A DNA stretch of 64,000 bases. Source: Paragordius varius. Taxonomy: Eukaryota; Animalia; Nematomorpha. Below are positions 22,205 through 34,782 of this stretch, piece by piece. The first letter of the stretch is position 1; each line of letters begins with the position of its first letter. Under the pieces are notes generated by a model. It was not told where the DNA came from and did no database searches. It saw nothing but the letters and a program-made list of their open reading frames with translations. The stretch lies in contig OZ176056.1 in the NCBI GenBank assembly GCA_964247055.1, forward strand, positions 8,184,001 to 8,248,000, given 5' to 3'. Position numbers and translations under genes: made by a program.

Positions 22205-25200
22205 TTATTTATTTAAACTTTTTTCAAGCTCCATAAATCCAGAATAATCAAACAACTCATTTAAATTTTTAAGTGGTGAATTATTATTTTCAGTCTTTAC
22301 CACTGTCGATTTGGGTGATATTGATGCTTTGGATTTTAAATCAGTTTTGCTGCTAATTATGCTTGGAGTAATGATACATGTCGGACAATAGAATTCTTTA
22401 CTTTGTTTTCTAAATATTATCATAAAAATCAAATCTTAGTCCATAAAAATCGGTTAAATTACATGAATGGGTAACTTTAGTTAATTATTAAATTGTTAAA
22501 ATTTATAACAGTGATGGATTTCGTTACACCATTTATCTTTATTTGATCGAAATCTAAATATCATAAAAATCAAATCTTAGTCCAAATTACATAAACGGGT
22601 AAGTTTATTATATTGCAATTATAATTCAGCTAAAATTATATGAATTTATTGTGAATTTTCGATTACTACTAGTAATCTTTGTCAAACGTTAGAAAATAAA
22701 ATTAAACTATAAACTAAAATTTAAAGTATAAAGTAAAAATGTTAATTATTAAATTGTTAAAATTATAACAGTGGATATCGTTACACCATTTATCCATATT
22801 AATCAAAATCATAAATAGAGGTATAGTTTTTTTATATTCTATTATAACCCGCAAAAATCCGACTATTTATAAATAGAAAAACGCGGCGGTCTAATATAGA
22901 CCATATTCAAATTTTTATGATGAAATCTTGAATTAAAGGTTTTGATACTTGATACACATCGATATTATTCAAGGGCTTTATGATTTATAAATTGAAAATA
23001 TATAATATACAATGTAAATTACTTGGTTTGATGCAGTAATTGTTTCTTGCTCTGTATGTATCCTAAATAAATTATAAAATACTCAAAGTAGATTTAAAAT
23101 AACTTTTAATGAATTCATTCGACCCATCAATTAAATATAGGCCTGCTTGACAAAAGTTTTTATTTAGCGATGATGAAAAGCTTTGGGTTAGAAAAAACAG
23201 GTATCAAGCGTCATATAACAGAAATAATTTTAAAAAATCGAATAAATAGTACCTTTAAAACACGAGAATTAATCAGAACATATGATAAATCGAACGACAG
23301 AGTTTTAAGTAGTAAACAACTATATTATTTAGCTCTTTTTGCTAAAATTTGATTTAGTTTTCTAAGTTTTATTTTGATTGCATCCAAATATATCTCAAAC
23401 GCCAGATTTTAAGATCATAAATAAATATCCAAATATCGTCAAAATACAATCAAATTACTAAGTTAATTTTATTTACCATAATATATGTTTGCCATTTTTT
23501 AGCGATGATTAAAACACAAAAAAATATGGTGCAAAAAGTGCTTTCCAATTTATGATTTAAAATCTATTTTACTATACAATGTATATTTTAATTACATTGT
23601 TAAATATTTTTAATAAATATAGTTTATCATATTTTTTATGAATTTCGAAATGATGCATTTAGGTTTTATTGAAATTTTTTTTAGCGTAATAAACGCAAAT
23701 TTTGCGATATTTTAATATGGAGCAGCTAGCAGGATAATGGTTATAACTTTGTTAAATATCCTTCGTATGGCTCAAACCAAAAGTACCAATAAAATTTCCA
23801 GAATATATATTTTTAACAATATGTTTTTTTATACCTTCTGATTGTGCATTGTGTATTTGCACCCTTTTTAATTTTTATAAGTTTAAAATGAATTCAATAT
23901 TATCGGCACACTAAAAATAATAGCAAAAGTCAGAAATAGAAAGTTATATCTATATAAACAAGTTTGGAGTCATAAGATAATCTTTTTTAGTAAATTTTGT
24001 TTTTTTCATGCATGAAACCATGTGATTGAAAGCGGCAAGATATTCAAGGATAGTATTATATTATTATATACTATAAATTTATTTAAAAAATATGTTTCCT
24101 TTTAGTAATTATTAATCTTTTTCTTTGTTTTGTAGAGTTTTTATTTTATTTGTATGCTAAGTATGTAATTTAAAGAGTAACATAATTCTTAAGTCATCAA
24201 AAATCATTGTTATACAGATCTCTTTTTTTTTCTCTACTCCTTGGTGCCTAATTATTTTATTTTTACTAGCCTAGCCATAATTTCTTTATATTTTTCCTTT
24301 ATGATTGCCAGACAGAGTAAAATATCAATATTTATAATTTATCCAAATTAACAACATTTATAAAGATTACTCTTTAATTTTAATTATTCTAGATATTTAT
24401 TTTTTGTAAAGAGGGTAAGTGAGAGGGAAGGCAATGGCAAACCACCCTCGTTTATTACTGCCAAAAAATAGTTTTACTATATGAACTTAACAAGACTTTT
24501 CAAAGTTGGATGCTGGAACGTACGTTCCTTAACATCAACCAAACAGGTGATAATTGAAAAGGAAATGGAAAGATTGAACATAGATATACTGGGTCTAACG
24601 GAAACCAAGCAAAAAGGTAGCGCGAAAGTACAAAACGAAAATTATACATTGTTAAGATCGGGGAGAGATGACCAGAAATCTGAAGGCGTTGCAGTATTAA
24701 TAAAAAACAAATTAAATAAAAGTCTCATTAGTTATACACCATATACACCCAGAATCATGAGTATTAGGCTGAATGCCAAGCCACTTAAATTTACATACAT
24801 AGTAGTCTATGCTCCTACGTCAAACGCTCCCAAAGAAGACATAGAGGACTTTTATGCAACGTTGCAAATAGTTTTGGATGAAACGAAGAAAGGAGATATG
24901 ATTATCATAGGAGGGAATTGGAACAGCAAAGTTGGTAGAGGTAGAGTAGATCAAATAGTCGGGCCATATGGATTGGGAGAACGAAACGAGGCCGGGGAAG
25001 CACTGATCAATTTTTGTCAAGAAAATGAGATGATGATAACCAACACATGGTTTCCACAACACAATAGGAGGTTATACACATGGACCTCTCCATGTGGTAA
25101 ATATAAGAATCAAATTGATTACATAATGTGTCCTCAAAAATGGAAAAGCTCTATAATCGATACCAAAACAAGCAAAAGCAGCGATTGCTCTAGCGATCAT

Positions 25201-28200
25201 GATCTTCTAATAACCAAAATCAAACTTAAAATAATTAAAAATAAGGTTAAACAGATATACAGATATAATTAGAACAGAAACCAAAGATAGATTAGGAAGA
25301 TTGGACAATGGATGTAGCTCAGAACAATTATGGGGAACGATAAAAAATGTTGTTAATGAAGTGGCAAAAGAAAAAGTGCAGAGAGTAAAGAGGAAAGATA
25401 ACAAATGGATATCAGAAAAGAGTATAGAGATAGCAGAAAAGAGGAGAAAAGCTAAATCAAGAGGTGATAATAAAATGGTAAAATTATATAACAAAGAATT
25501 TCAACGACAAACAAGGAAGGATTACGAAGATTTTCTTAATAAACAATGTCTGGAAGTGGAATTAAATAACAAAAAAGGATTAATGCAACCAATGTTCCAA
25601 AAACTGAAGCAAATGACTCATAAACCTTTTATATCATCACAAAAGATTAAAAAAGAGAATGGCACCATATTGTGCAAACAAACAGAAGTACGAGAAAGAT
25701 GGAAGGAATACACCCAAAAACTCTATCAGGCTCCTCAAGCAAAGGTGTTGCAATTAAAAGAAGAAGAACGTAATCCAGATATATTAAGAGAGGAGGTTGA
25801 ATTAGCCTTAAAACAAATTCCTAACAACAAAGCGATGGGATTAGACAATATCCCAATAGAGTTCATAAAAGCTATTCCCGTTGAAAAGTTACACCAGTTA
25901 TGTCAAAAGGTGTGGGAAACATGTGAGTGGCCAAACGATTGGGCATCATCTGTATATCTCCCAATATATAAAAAAGGAGATGTACTCCAATGCGAGAATT
26001 ATCGGAACATATCTCTTATTAGCCACGCTAGTAAGGTCTTACTAAAAGTAATACAAAACAGAATGCACAGTATCATACAGACAGAAATACCAGAAAATCA
26101 AGCCGGATTTATGAAGGGAAAAAGCACAAGAGACCATATCTCAAACATGAGAAGGATAATGGAAACATCAAAAGAGTTCCAGAAAGAATTATACATGTGT
26201 TTTATTGATTACAGACAAGCATTCGATTCAATTAACTATGACTCCTTATGGGAAACATTAAAGTTAGTAGGGGTATCGTCTCACTTAATAAGATTGATTA
26301 GCTCTCTGTATGTAAAACAAAGAGCGATTATTAGAACACCAGCGGGGGACACAGACGAAATACCAATCTTTAAAGGAGTCAGACAAGGGTGTTGCTTATC
26401 CCCTTATCTGTTCAATATGTGCACAGAAATTATAATGAGGAAGTTGGATGGTAAAAATATTGGAGTAAGAATAGGAGGGAGAACAATCAATAATTTAAGG
26501 TTTGCAGACGATACCACTCTTATAGCTGAAAGTGCAAATGATTTGAAGGAATTGATTGAAGAGATTCGAACGGAAAGTTTGAGGTATGGTCTTAGGCTTA
26601 ATCCTAACAAAACCAAAATATTATGTACAGGAAAAAAGCCTACAATTATAATAGAAGGGGTAGAAATAGAAATAGTTAAACAGTTAACGTTTTTGGGCGC
26701 AATAATTTCAGAGGATGGGTCTTCAACTCCTGACATCAGAAAGAGAATAGGATTGGGTAGAGAAGCGATGACCAAATTAATAAAGATTTGGAAAAACAAA
26801 AGCGTAGGAGTTGAAACCAAAAAAAGATTACTCTACTGTTTCGTTCTCCCGGTCACCACATATGGATGTGAGAGTTGGACTCTCAGAAAAAAGGACAAAG
26901 AAAGGCTCATGGCTTTTGAAAGGAGTTGCTGGCGTAGGATGCTAGGATACACTTGGAAGGATAAAATTAAGAATGAAAATCTAACTACAGAAATAAAACC
27001 TAAAACAAACATCATGGAGATAATTCTAAAAAGAAAGTTAACATATTTTGGTCATGTCATGCGATCGAATTCTCTGGAGAAAGATACAATGTTTGGGAAG
27101 GTAGAAGGGCAAAGGAAACGAGGCCGACCACCGATGAGGTGGTTGGATATGATAAAGGAAGAGACCAAAATGACACTGAAAGAGCTCAATATAGCGGTTA
27201 AAGATAGAAAAAAATGGAAAGAAATAGTTAAAACTATATCCAAAAAGTCGTTTACGACTTAGGAAAAATCAACCAACCAAATCCGACGCGCATCTATGCA
27301 GCTGCGTAACAAGCATCATTAAATAAAAGGCTTTATAAAAATTTTAAATAGGATTTTAATAGAGAATTTCGCAAAACGATCCCTCGCTATTTATTTTTAG
27401 AATTGGGTTAGATTACTGGTTTGAAAAAAAAGTATACCCTCTAGTAATATTTTACCTTTGAGAGGGTTCCTGTAATGCCATACCATAAAAGATATACAGG
27501 CAAGTAATAATATAAAGATGATAACACCAACTACGGCATTAACCCCAGATTTTTTATTTGATTCTTTATGATTGATTGCTTGTGCTTTTATAGGTAAGAT
27601 ATTTGATGTTTGAGAAACGCTGTTTTTATTATTGGTGTTTAGTTTTTCGGGTACATTGGCATTAGTTGTAAATTTGTTGTTCTGAGTCACATTACACAAT
27701 CGATTCAAGAATATATCGTTAACTATGTTTCTAATCTCAGTTTTATCGTATATGCCCTTTAAACTTTCTACTCGAAATTTTTCTGGAGATGTTAATGCCT
27801 TCAATTCTTCAGATGTTTTCGGTTTTATACAGGATACCTCGTCCCCGAAAGGTGATTTAAATTCATATAACAAAGGCGAGCTTGCCATCGATAGGATAGA
27901 ACAATCACAAGCAATAACACTATCTATCATAATTGTCAGTAGTAAAAATTTACGTAACGATGTTTTATTCTTTGCCAACGATGGGAAAACATCTTTGGAA
28001 AATGTTACCAAAGGATTTTGAGACAAAGTCAAGGTTTGCAATGTGTCTGGCAAATTGAAAGATATAACATGTATTTGATTATTGGTTAAATCCAAATTAT
28101 TCAATTTGGGTAGATTAACGCAACTAAAACAATCCTTGTCAATTAATTTAATGCGATTAGATCCCAGGGATAAGGTAGTAAGTATAGGCGCTTTGCTGAA

Positions 28201-31200
28201 AGCATTACCCATTAACTTCTCTATATAATTACCTTCGATAGCAAGAAAAGATAACGAAGTAGCAAAATTTAACAGAAAATTTTCACGAATTTCTTTCAAT
28301 CCACTATCCTTAATTGTGAGTTTTTGCAGCATGGTATATCCTTGTAAAAAATTGGTGGGGATTTGTGGTAACATCACATTTTGAAGCGTTAGAGTTGTGT
28401 TTGGCTCCAGTTTAAACTTGGAATTATCCAATTCCTTTATAATGGTATCATATTCGAATTCAATGCAAGTTATATGCCACAAATACGATTTAACATTGAT
28501 TGCTTCAAGATCCCAACAGTCGCAGGGCGGACCAACTGGACAAGCTTTTGGGTCAAACACTCCATTAGGTAAGCGGGGTTCTTGATTTGCAAAGGACGGA
28601 GATGTCGGTGCACAAAATATATCGTTGTTTTGAATCGCAATCTGTATGGCTGATTGTTGATTCAATGACACTGGCCATGTACAAATAAAGGAGTCGGTTA
28701 ATGCCCTAAAACAAAAAAAAAGGATCCTTTAAAAAATGATTTGTTACTGGTAATAAAGATCAGAATTTAGTACTACCTAGAACATCAATGATATTAACGG
28801 ATATAAATATTTTTAGAAAATGTTTTATCTCAAATTCTTTCAAATATGTTTATTTAGTTAGATTTTTATTGAAACTATCGGGATGATGCTAATCTTCAAC
28901 ATATAATATGATCATTAATTTAAGAGTGAGACCATAAAGCCTACTACTATTTGGCGGGATCTGGTGTTTTGCCTCACTAAAAAATACTTTTTTAAAAAAA
29001 TCTAAAAATGCCCAATCTTTTGTAATACATTAATTGTAAAAAAATACCTACCTTTTGTCATCAAACGACATGTTTTCACTACTTTGCACATAGTATAAAA
29101 TGATTGGGCTATTTTTACAACTACACACTAGGGAACTACCCATAAGACTGAGTTGGACTTTACCGATTTTATCTCTTTCTTGCACCAAAGATATAAGTTT
29201 CGGTTGGATCCAATAAAATGGGTTATTATCCAAAAGCAAGACTTTAAGTTTAGGAGGCAAGGCGCGCAATGAATCAAACGTATTATAACTCAATTGACAT
29301 TCAGATAAATCTAGAATTTCAAGGGCGGGAAAATAATTTTTTGGTGCAGATGGCAGACCCTCACCCAAATCGGATAAATAAGCAAAATTATTTCCACGCA
29401 AAAAGAGTTTCGTAAGGTGTTTAAGATTCTTAAACGCATCAAAGAATATGGCTTGAATTGCATTATTAGATAAATCCAATGATACTAACGCGGACAAAGT
29501 CGAAATCTGTGCATCATTAATGGTTGTAAATCTGTAATAACATAATGAATCTCATTAAAATATTTTTTCCTTTTGTCATTGATTTTTTATTTACAGTAAA
29601 AAATGTAATTATACGGACAGTTTTAAAAGACAAATATTTTCTAAAAAAGAATTCCATAGTTTTCAAGAAAGGGTATTTACAACAAGTTTTTTCATGTAAT
29701 TGTCTGCTTTTTTTCACTAGTTATATATACATTTACCACATTTTCTCTATTTGATATTTTCTCATTTTATTCTAATCTTGAGAAAGGTTAAACAATATAA
29801 CCGAAAATTAGAAACTCATTAAATAAATATTTATTTTTTAAAGATTATTTATGCGCGTTTTTTTGCCATTCATTTTAACTATTTTAATTTTGTTATCTAT
29901 TCACTTTGATATAAATTAAATTAACCTTTTATTTTTAAATAATAACGTTTTCGGTGTCAGATTACACAGTGTTACTAAAATTACTCAATGACATATATAT
30001 TTTGATAGAAAAATGTATCGGTATTATGAGGATGTTTTTGGTTTTGGCCCGAGTGATATAAGAAATACTATACTTTTGTGTCTGTGACCAAATGGCGAAT
30101 TTCCGCACATTTTGTTAAGTTATTTTTTTTGGTGAAAGCTAAATAAATGCTTGTCCAAAATAAATATTCTACACAAACTACATATGAAATGCAAAATAAA
30201 TTTTTATAAAATATAGTGAGCTACGAAAGTCTCAATTTTTAGAAGCGTTAATTGGCAATTTTTCGATTAAGATCAAGGCCAAGTCGAGACTATTCTATAG
30301 ATTTAAATATATGCCAAATTCAATAAAGTTTTTCTCAAAAAATGGATATTTTTAAAAATTCAATTTATAGCAAAATTTTGGTGAAGTGAGCTTTATGGTA
30401 AATTGACATAATGAAAACGGTATAACAACACTATAAGATATTATATTTATTGTAAATTCGATTATTCTAAACATTTCTATCACTATAAAATTTCTTTTGC
30501 TTTTAAATTTGGGTGAAATTTTGTTACAAAAAACAATTTATATTTTACCTAATTTTAAAAACGGAGGATTATTTTAATAGTAATTCCAAAGTGATAGTAA
30601 TGATCATCATTAACTTATATAAAAAAAGTGGTTTTTAATATAGCGCTTTTATACTGTTTCATCAGGCCTAGAATGAAGTATTCAAAAAAAATTGCTAAAA
30701 ATTTAATTTTACAGCAAGGTATGCTTTTTTCTAAAATTTTTGATGCTATAGATTATTTATTATCGTGATTTGGCATTTTTGTGACTTATAAATGTAATAA
30801 AAGCTAATTAGGGACAGTTGCTAATTTTGCGATCGATATTGATCGATTGCCACAAAAATGCAAATAACTTTCTAGATCGTAGCCTAAAAACGCACCATGG
30901 GAATCCTAATATATTTATCTATCAGGTTATGCTTCATTATGTATTTTTATAATCCTCGATTTCGGACATAGGGCAAATCGAAGCTTTTATTATTCATCCC
31001 ATACGCAATGTTATATATGAAAATTTAAATAAAAAAATAGCAAAATATATATTCGAAAAATTACGACATTTTAAAAATAAAATGGCATATTAGTTTTAAA
31101 AACAAACTTAAAACTAAGTAGTTCAATGTAAATGGTGTCAGAATTAAGTAAGTTCCAAAAATAACTTCCTAAGTTCTTTATATTTTGAACGGCTCCAAAC

Positions 31201-32246
31201 TGGATTTTACATATATTTATTTTTATTGACATTTTTATGTCGTATATACAAGGATTGCTTTCTGATATTAAAAATAATATGACATTCTGGATATAACAAA
31301 TCGTGAAATAAACTTATATGATGATAAATATTTGGGTTGATTTTAACACACAGTGAAATTAAATTTAAACGTACAAAAAAAACTAACAGACCTGATGATA
31401 ATCTCAATATATTATTCTTATTCTATCGAATACGGGAATATATCCAATTTAAATGTAGAATATTCCTAAAAGGTCCAATCAAAAATGTAAAAAATTTTTT
31501 TATATACACTTTAAATAATATTAATGCTCTTTAATGTTAAATCAATTAGTGTACATACTTGTTTCGACTTAAATCCAATTCCTGAATTCCATCCTGATAA
31601 TAGACAAAAAATTTGTTATTTAATTCTTCCAATCCATTAGAAGATAAATTTAGAAATTTTATTGGATGCTTAATTTTTGATGGCGTGGTGACCTTGGATG
31701 ATTTAATAACTCTAAGTTCTGGGAAAATTATCATTTCTTTAGTGGTTGGTTCAAAAAGTTTTTCTGATTCAACTATCGTTACTTTAAAGCCCCCAAAAAC
31801 ATTATTATCATTTTGTTTTTCGGTCAAACCGGCTTTATTTAACTTTTCATATATATAGGTGAAGGTTTCAGTTAAATCTTTTATATTGTTAAGCTTTTTA
31901 CATGTTATCTCATACTTTTTGGCATATAATAGGAATCCATACTGACATCTTGCCTGAGATGAGTTTCGAGTTGGAAAATCTGACCATAAAAAACAAATTA
32001 TACAATATTTTCTAAGGTTAACATGTTAACATATATTGATAAAAAATTTATTTTAAAGCCATTAGTCATAATTCGAAAAAAAAGCTTAAAAAATTAATCC
32101 CACAATTAAGAACGGTGCTTATTAAATGGCATTAGAAAAAGTTTTTGTTAAAAACGTATACCTAATATTTCATATATGGTTGAATAGACGGGTAAAAATA
32201 GTGAAAAATAATTTGCGATAATGAATAGTAAAGCCCCATTAACCAT
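22205..32246 (-). CDS. Type I membrane LRR protein (826 aa), multiple-cysteine-cluster Toll-like ectodomain, no TIR
   Basis: Exons 32246-32162 (signal MVNGALLFIIANYFSLFLPVYS), 31979-31559, 29531-29052, 28705-27456, 23062-23023 and 22409-22205, with phases 1,2,2,1,2 all matching. Contains LRRs (LDLSNNAI, LSLGSNRI, LDLTNNQI), LRRCT (VCSC...CTWP), LRRNT (CPVGPPCDC), a second LRRCT (ACDC...CIKP) and a TM helix (VVGVIIFILLLACISFMVW). The last two exons are less certain. Confidence 0.85.
24423..24462 (+). ncRNA. Compact nested pseudoknot at the RTE 5' end (HDV-like topology)
   Basis: P1 GAGGG/CCCUC, P2 GGCA/UGCC and P3 UGG/CCA with loop CAAA, in the order P1-P2-P3-P3'-P1'-P2'. Confidence 0.5.
24481..27262 (+). 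pseudogene. RTE APE-endonuclease / RT ORF with one frameshift near 25260
   Basis: EN motifs GCWNVRSL, LGLTET, NQIDYI and SDH. RT motifs FIDYRQAFD, GVRQGCCLSP and RFADD. C-terminal RGRP. Frame 1 stops at 25272 and frame 2 carries on (DIIRTETKDRLGRL). Confidence 0.92.
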
Positions 32247-33678
32247 GAGCACATTGCAAAAGCATTAAATTATTTTCATCACATTAAAAAATTACAACAA
32301 TCATTAATCCATGTTTGCTAAAATTATCTTTTTCCACAATAATGCAAGTTTTTGTCAAGGTTATTGTCAATATTTTTCGAAATTTGGATATCGCAGCAAG
32401 TCATTGAGAACAAATGGATTAAAAAGGAAGGTAAATAAAATAGATATATAATAAAAATTGTGTAATATCTTAATGGGTGTCCAACACGCCGCTCACGGGC
32501 CTCATGCGGACTTTTGAGCCATAATGAGTGGTCCACGAAAAGCTGAACCATAATTTGCAAATATATCCTTACAAGTAATGATAATTCATAAATAATTTTT
32601 CGAATAAGTCGATTCAATTGGCATAGTAAAATTGTTAAAATGTTTTTGCATCAGTCTAATGTTTGGAGCATAATAATAATTTATGATTGTTTGTATATAT
32701 TATAGATTTCCTTTTTATTAATTTAGGAAATATAATTATGTTTCGTAATAAGGGATTAATATAATGAGATTTGGCTTAACAAAATTTGTTTTAGTAATGT
32801 ATGAAAACTAAATAATTATTCGAAAACATTAATTACTATTATCAATTTATACATACCGTACTTTGCGACAAGACAAAAATATTCTAAACCCCATTTTTAT
32901 TAATATTTTGGTGAAATATAAATAAGTTTATTTGGTTGGCATATTAATGTATACAACAAAATTAGGCCCTTATTTGTTTTAGGGTACCACACATCTAGGC
33001 AAAACTTGTAGGCTAATTAGATGCCGTAACTGCAAAAGAAAAAAATTAAAAGCAATCATTGTTCATGCTACCCTACTTCTCCTGAATATAAAGCAAGTTT
33101 ATATCATTGAATTGAAAATACCACTATTTAATTATGTAATTCAAAATCATGTTAATTTTCGACCAAAATTTTTAAATTATGACATCTTAAAAAATATAGT
33201 AAAAATTTTGAGTTGCTTTTTTAAATTTAGCCAATCACAAAAGTTTATTTTTCGGAAACATGTATTCAGTTTTGTCCAAGAATATTTAGTGGAGCACAGT
33301 GCTTACAAATAATATCTTGATGAATATATATTTTTTGATAGAAAAATTAGAATTCTAGGGTGATTATGATTTTCGGACTTACGAATGATTTTAAGAAGTA
33401 TTTACTATTTTTGTGGATATAATTTGATTTGAATTCTACAGTAACGAATTCTACAATCGCGTAAGATAATAACAAATGGCTTAAAATGAATTTTTTCCTA
33501 TGATTATAATAATTTAAGACTTTTTACGGTACCCTACTGTATATCTCTAAAATATTTTAAGACTAGATTTTTTACCCCTTAATTTAAAAAAACACTATTT
33601 TGCCGAACAAATATAAGCATTATGAAATAATCATAAATTTATTTATCTTCTTTATACAACGATATGGTAGATATTATA

Positions 33679-34071
33679 CGATTTACAGTTCAAATTCACC
33701 CTTTAAACAATTCAAATTCACCCTTAAACAATTCAAATTCACCTTTGAACAATTCAAATTCACCCTCGAACAATTCAAATTCACCCTCAAATAAATAACA
33801 TGTTTTTTAAGATTAAAAATTATCTATATTTTAATATATTTTTGAAAAATAAAATTTTGTTTTAAATTAAAATAATACTGAAAAAAATAATTAATATTGC
33901 CATAAAGATATATTTTATATTAATAATGAGTTATATTAGTTCGAAAACACATAATTTATTTTTAGGGTGAATTTGAATCGTTCGAGGGTGAATTTGGATT
34001 GTTCAAGGGTGAATTTGAATTGTTCGAGGGTGAATTTGAATTGTTTAAGGGTGAATTTGAACTGTAAATGG
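33679..34071. mobile_element. TA-flanked MITE with subterminal 21-bp tandem arrays
   Basis: Termini C(C/G)ATTTACAGTTC / GAACTGTAAATGG with TA on both sides. About 5 copies of CAATTCAAATTCACCCTCGAA in each arm, in inverted orientation. Confidence 0.75.
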
Positions 34072-34278
34072 TATATCACTTTTGACAGAGTTTAATCTTT
34101 TTACTTTTTTAAATGTTTCTGATATAGTATGGTGTCACTAATTATTTATTTAGCTTTTATTACATGCACGAAAGACAAAATATATAATTGAATAATCCAT
34201 TTATGATAAATTTAGTTTTTCTCAAAAGGTCCACAGAAATAAAAATGTTGAAAATGCTTTCTAACAGTTTAGCTTAAC

Positions 34279-34782
34279 TTAAGATGGTAATGATATTTTA
34301 TGGATAGTTTTAGTTAATTTACCAATCTTAACAAACAATATATTATATAGAAAGCTGATGTGATCAATTTTTTGTTGTAGTTTATTTCGTAAAACTTCAA
34401 TTTTATTATATGTAATGCTATTAACTGCTTCAACATTGAATCTTATCATCATTAGTTCTTGTATTAACTCAAGTTTAGAACATTCTCGGACATATACGTT
34501 GCGCTGTAGTTTAAGTTGTCTCATAACGCATTTATATTCGAAGATGAGATTTCTTTTTTCACAACGATTCCAATATTTGTTTTGTGATAGTAATATTTTA
34601 TTGCAATCATTTTTCTTCGTATTTAGGGGTGGGCTTTGGAAAGAACCAAGAGTAGATTTATCAATATTTGACCCATTTAGCCCAAGTTTTAATGCTATTT
34701 TTATGGATTTAGCCCGTATTCGTTTGGCTTTTTTCCGTTTTTTCTTGTAAGCTAATAATTTTTGTTTCCGATTCATTAACAT
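34279..34782 (-). CDS. Orphan 167-aa basic protein, single exon
   Basis: A 504-nt ATG-to-TAA ORF in very AT-rich DNA. Lys/Arg-rich N-terminus (YKKKRKKAKRIRAK) and a helical C-terminal half. No family recognised. Confidence 0.5.
   Translation of the reverse strand: MLMNRKQKLLAYKKKRKKAKRIRAKSIKIALKLGLNGSNIDKSTLGSFQSPPLNTKKNDCNKILLSQNKYWNRCEKRNLIFEYKCVMRQLKLQRNVYVRECSKLELIQELMMIRFNVEAVNSITYNKIEVLRNKLQQKIDHISFLYNILFVKIGKLTKTIHKISLPS

Larger units (their letters stand above)
24411..27280 (+). mobile_element. RTE-clade non-LTR retrotransposon, near full length
   Basis: 5' head GAAGGCAATGGCAAACCAC resembles RTE/BovB heads. Encodes APE plus RT. 3' stem-loop AAGTCG-TTTA-CGACTT (27245-27260) and a (CAAC)n tail (27270-27280). 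Antisense in intron 4 of the LRR gene. No TSD found. Confidence 0.93.

Noticed and set aside
22421-22800. Local duplications (22421/22562 and 22481/22742) with AG...GT pairs on the plus strand
   Set aside because: The candidate exons have incompatible phases or stops. Treated as an ordinary intronic tandem duplication.
27397-27455. ORF-track C-terminus of the LRR protein (KILLEGILFFQTSNLTQF)
   Set aside because: More likely intron read-through, since a GTAAAA donor at 27455 joins in phase to two downstream exons.
33600-33794. ORF with FKQFKFTL repeats
   Set aside because: It is a translation of the 21-bp MITE array, not a repeat protein. The array has no spacers, so it is not CRISPR either.
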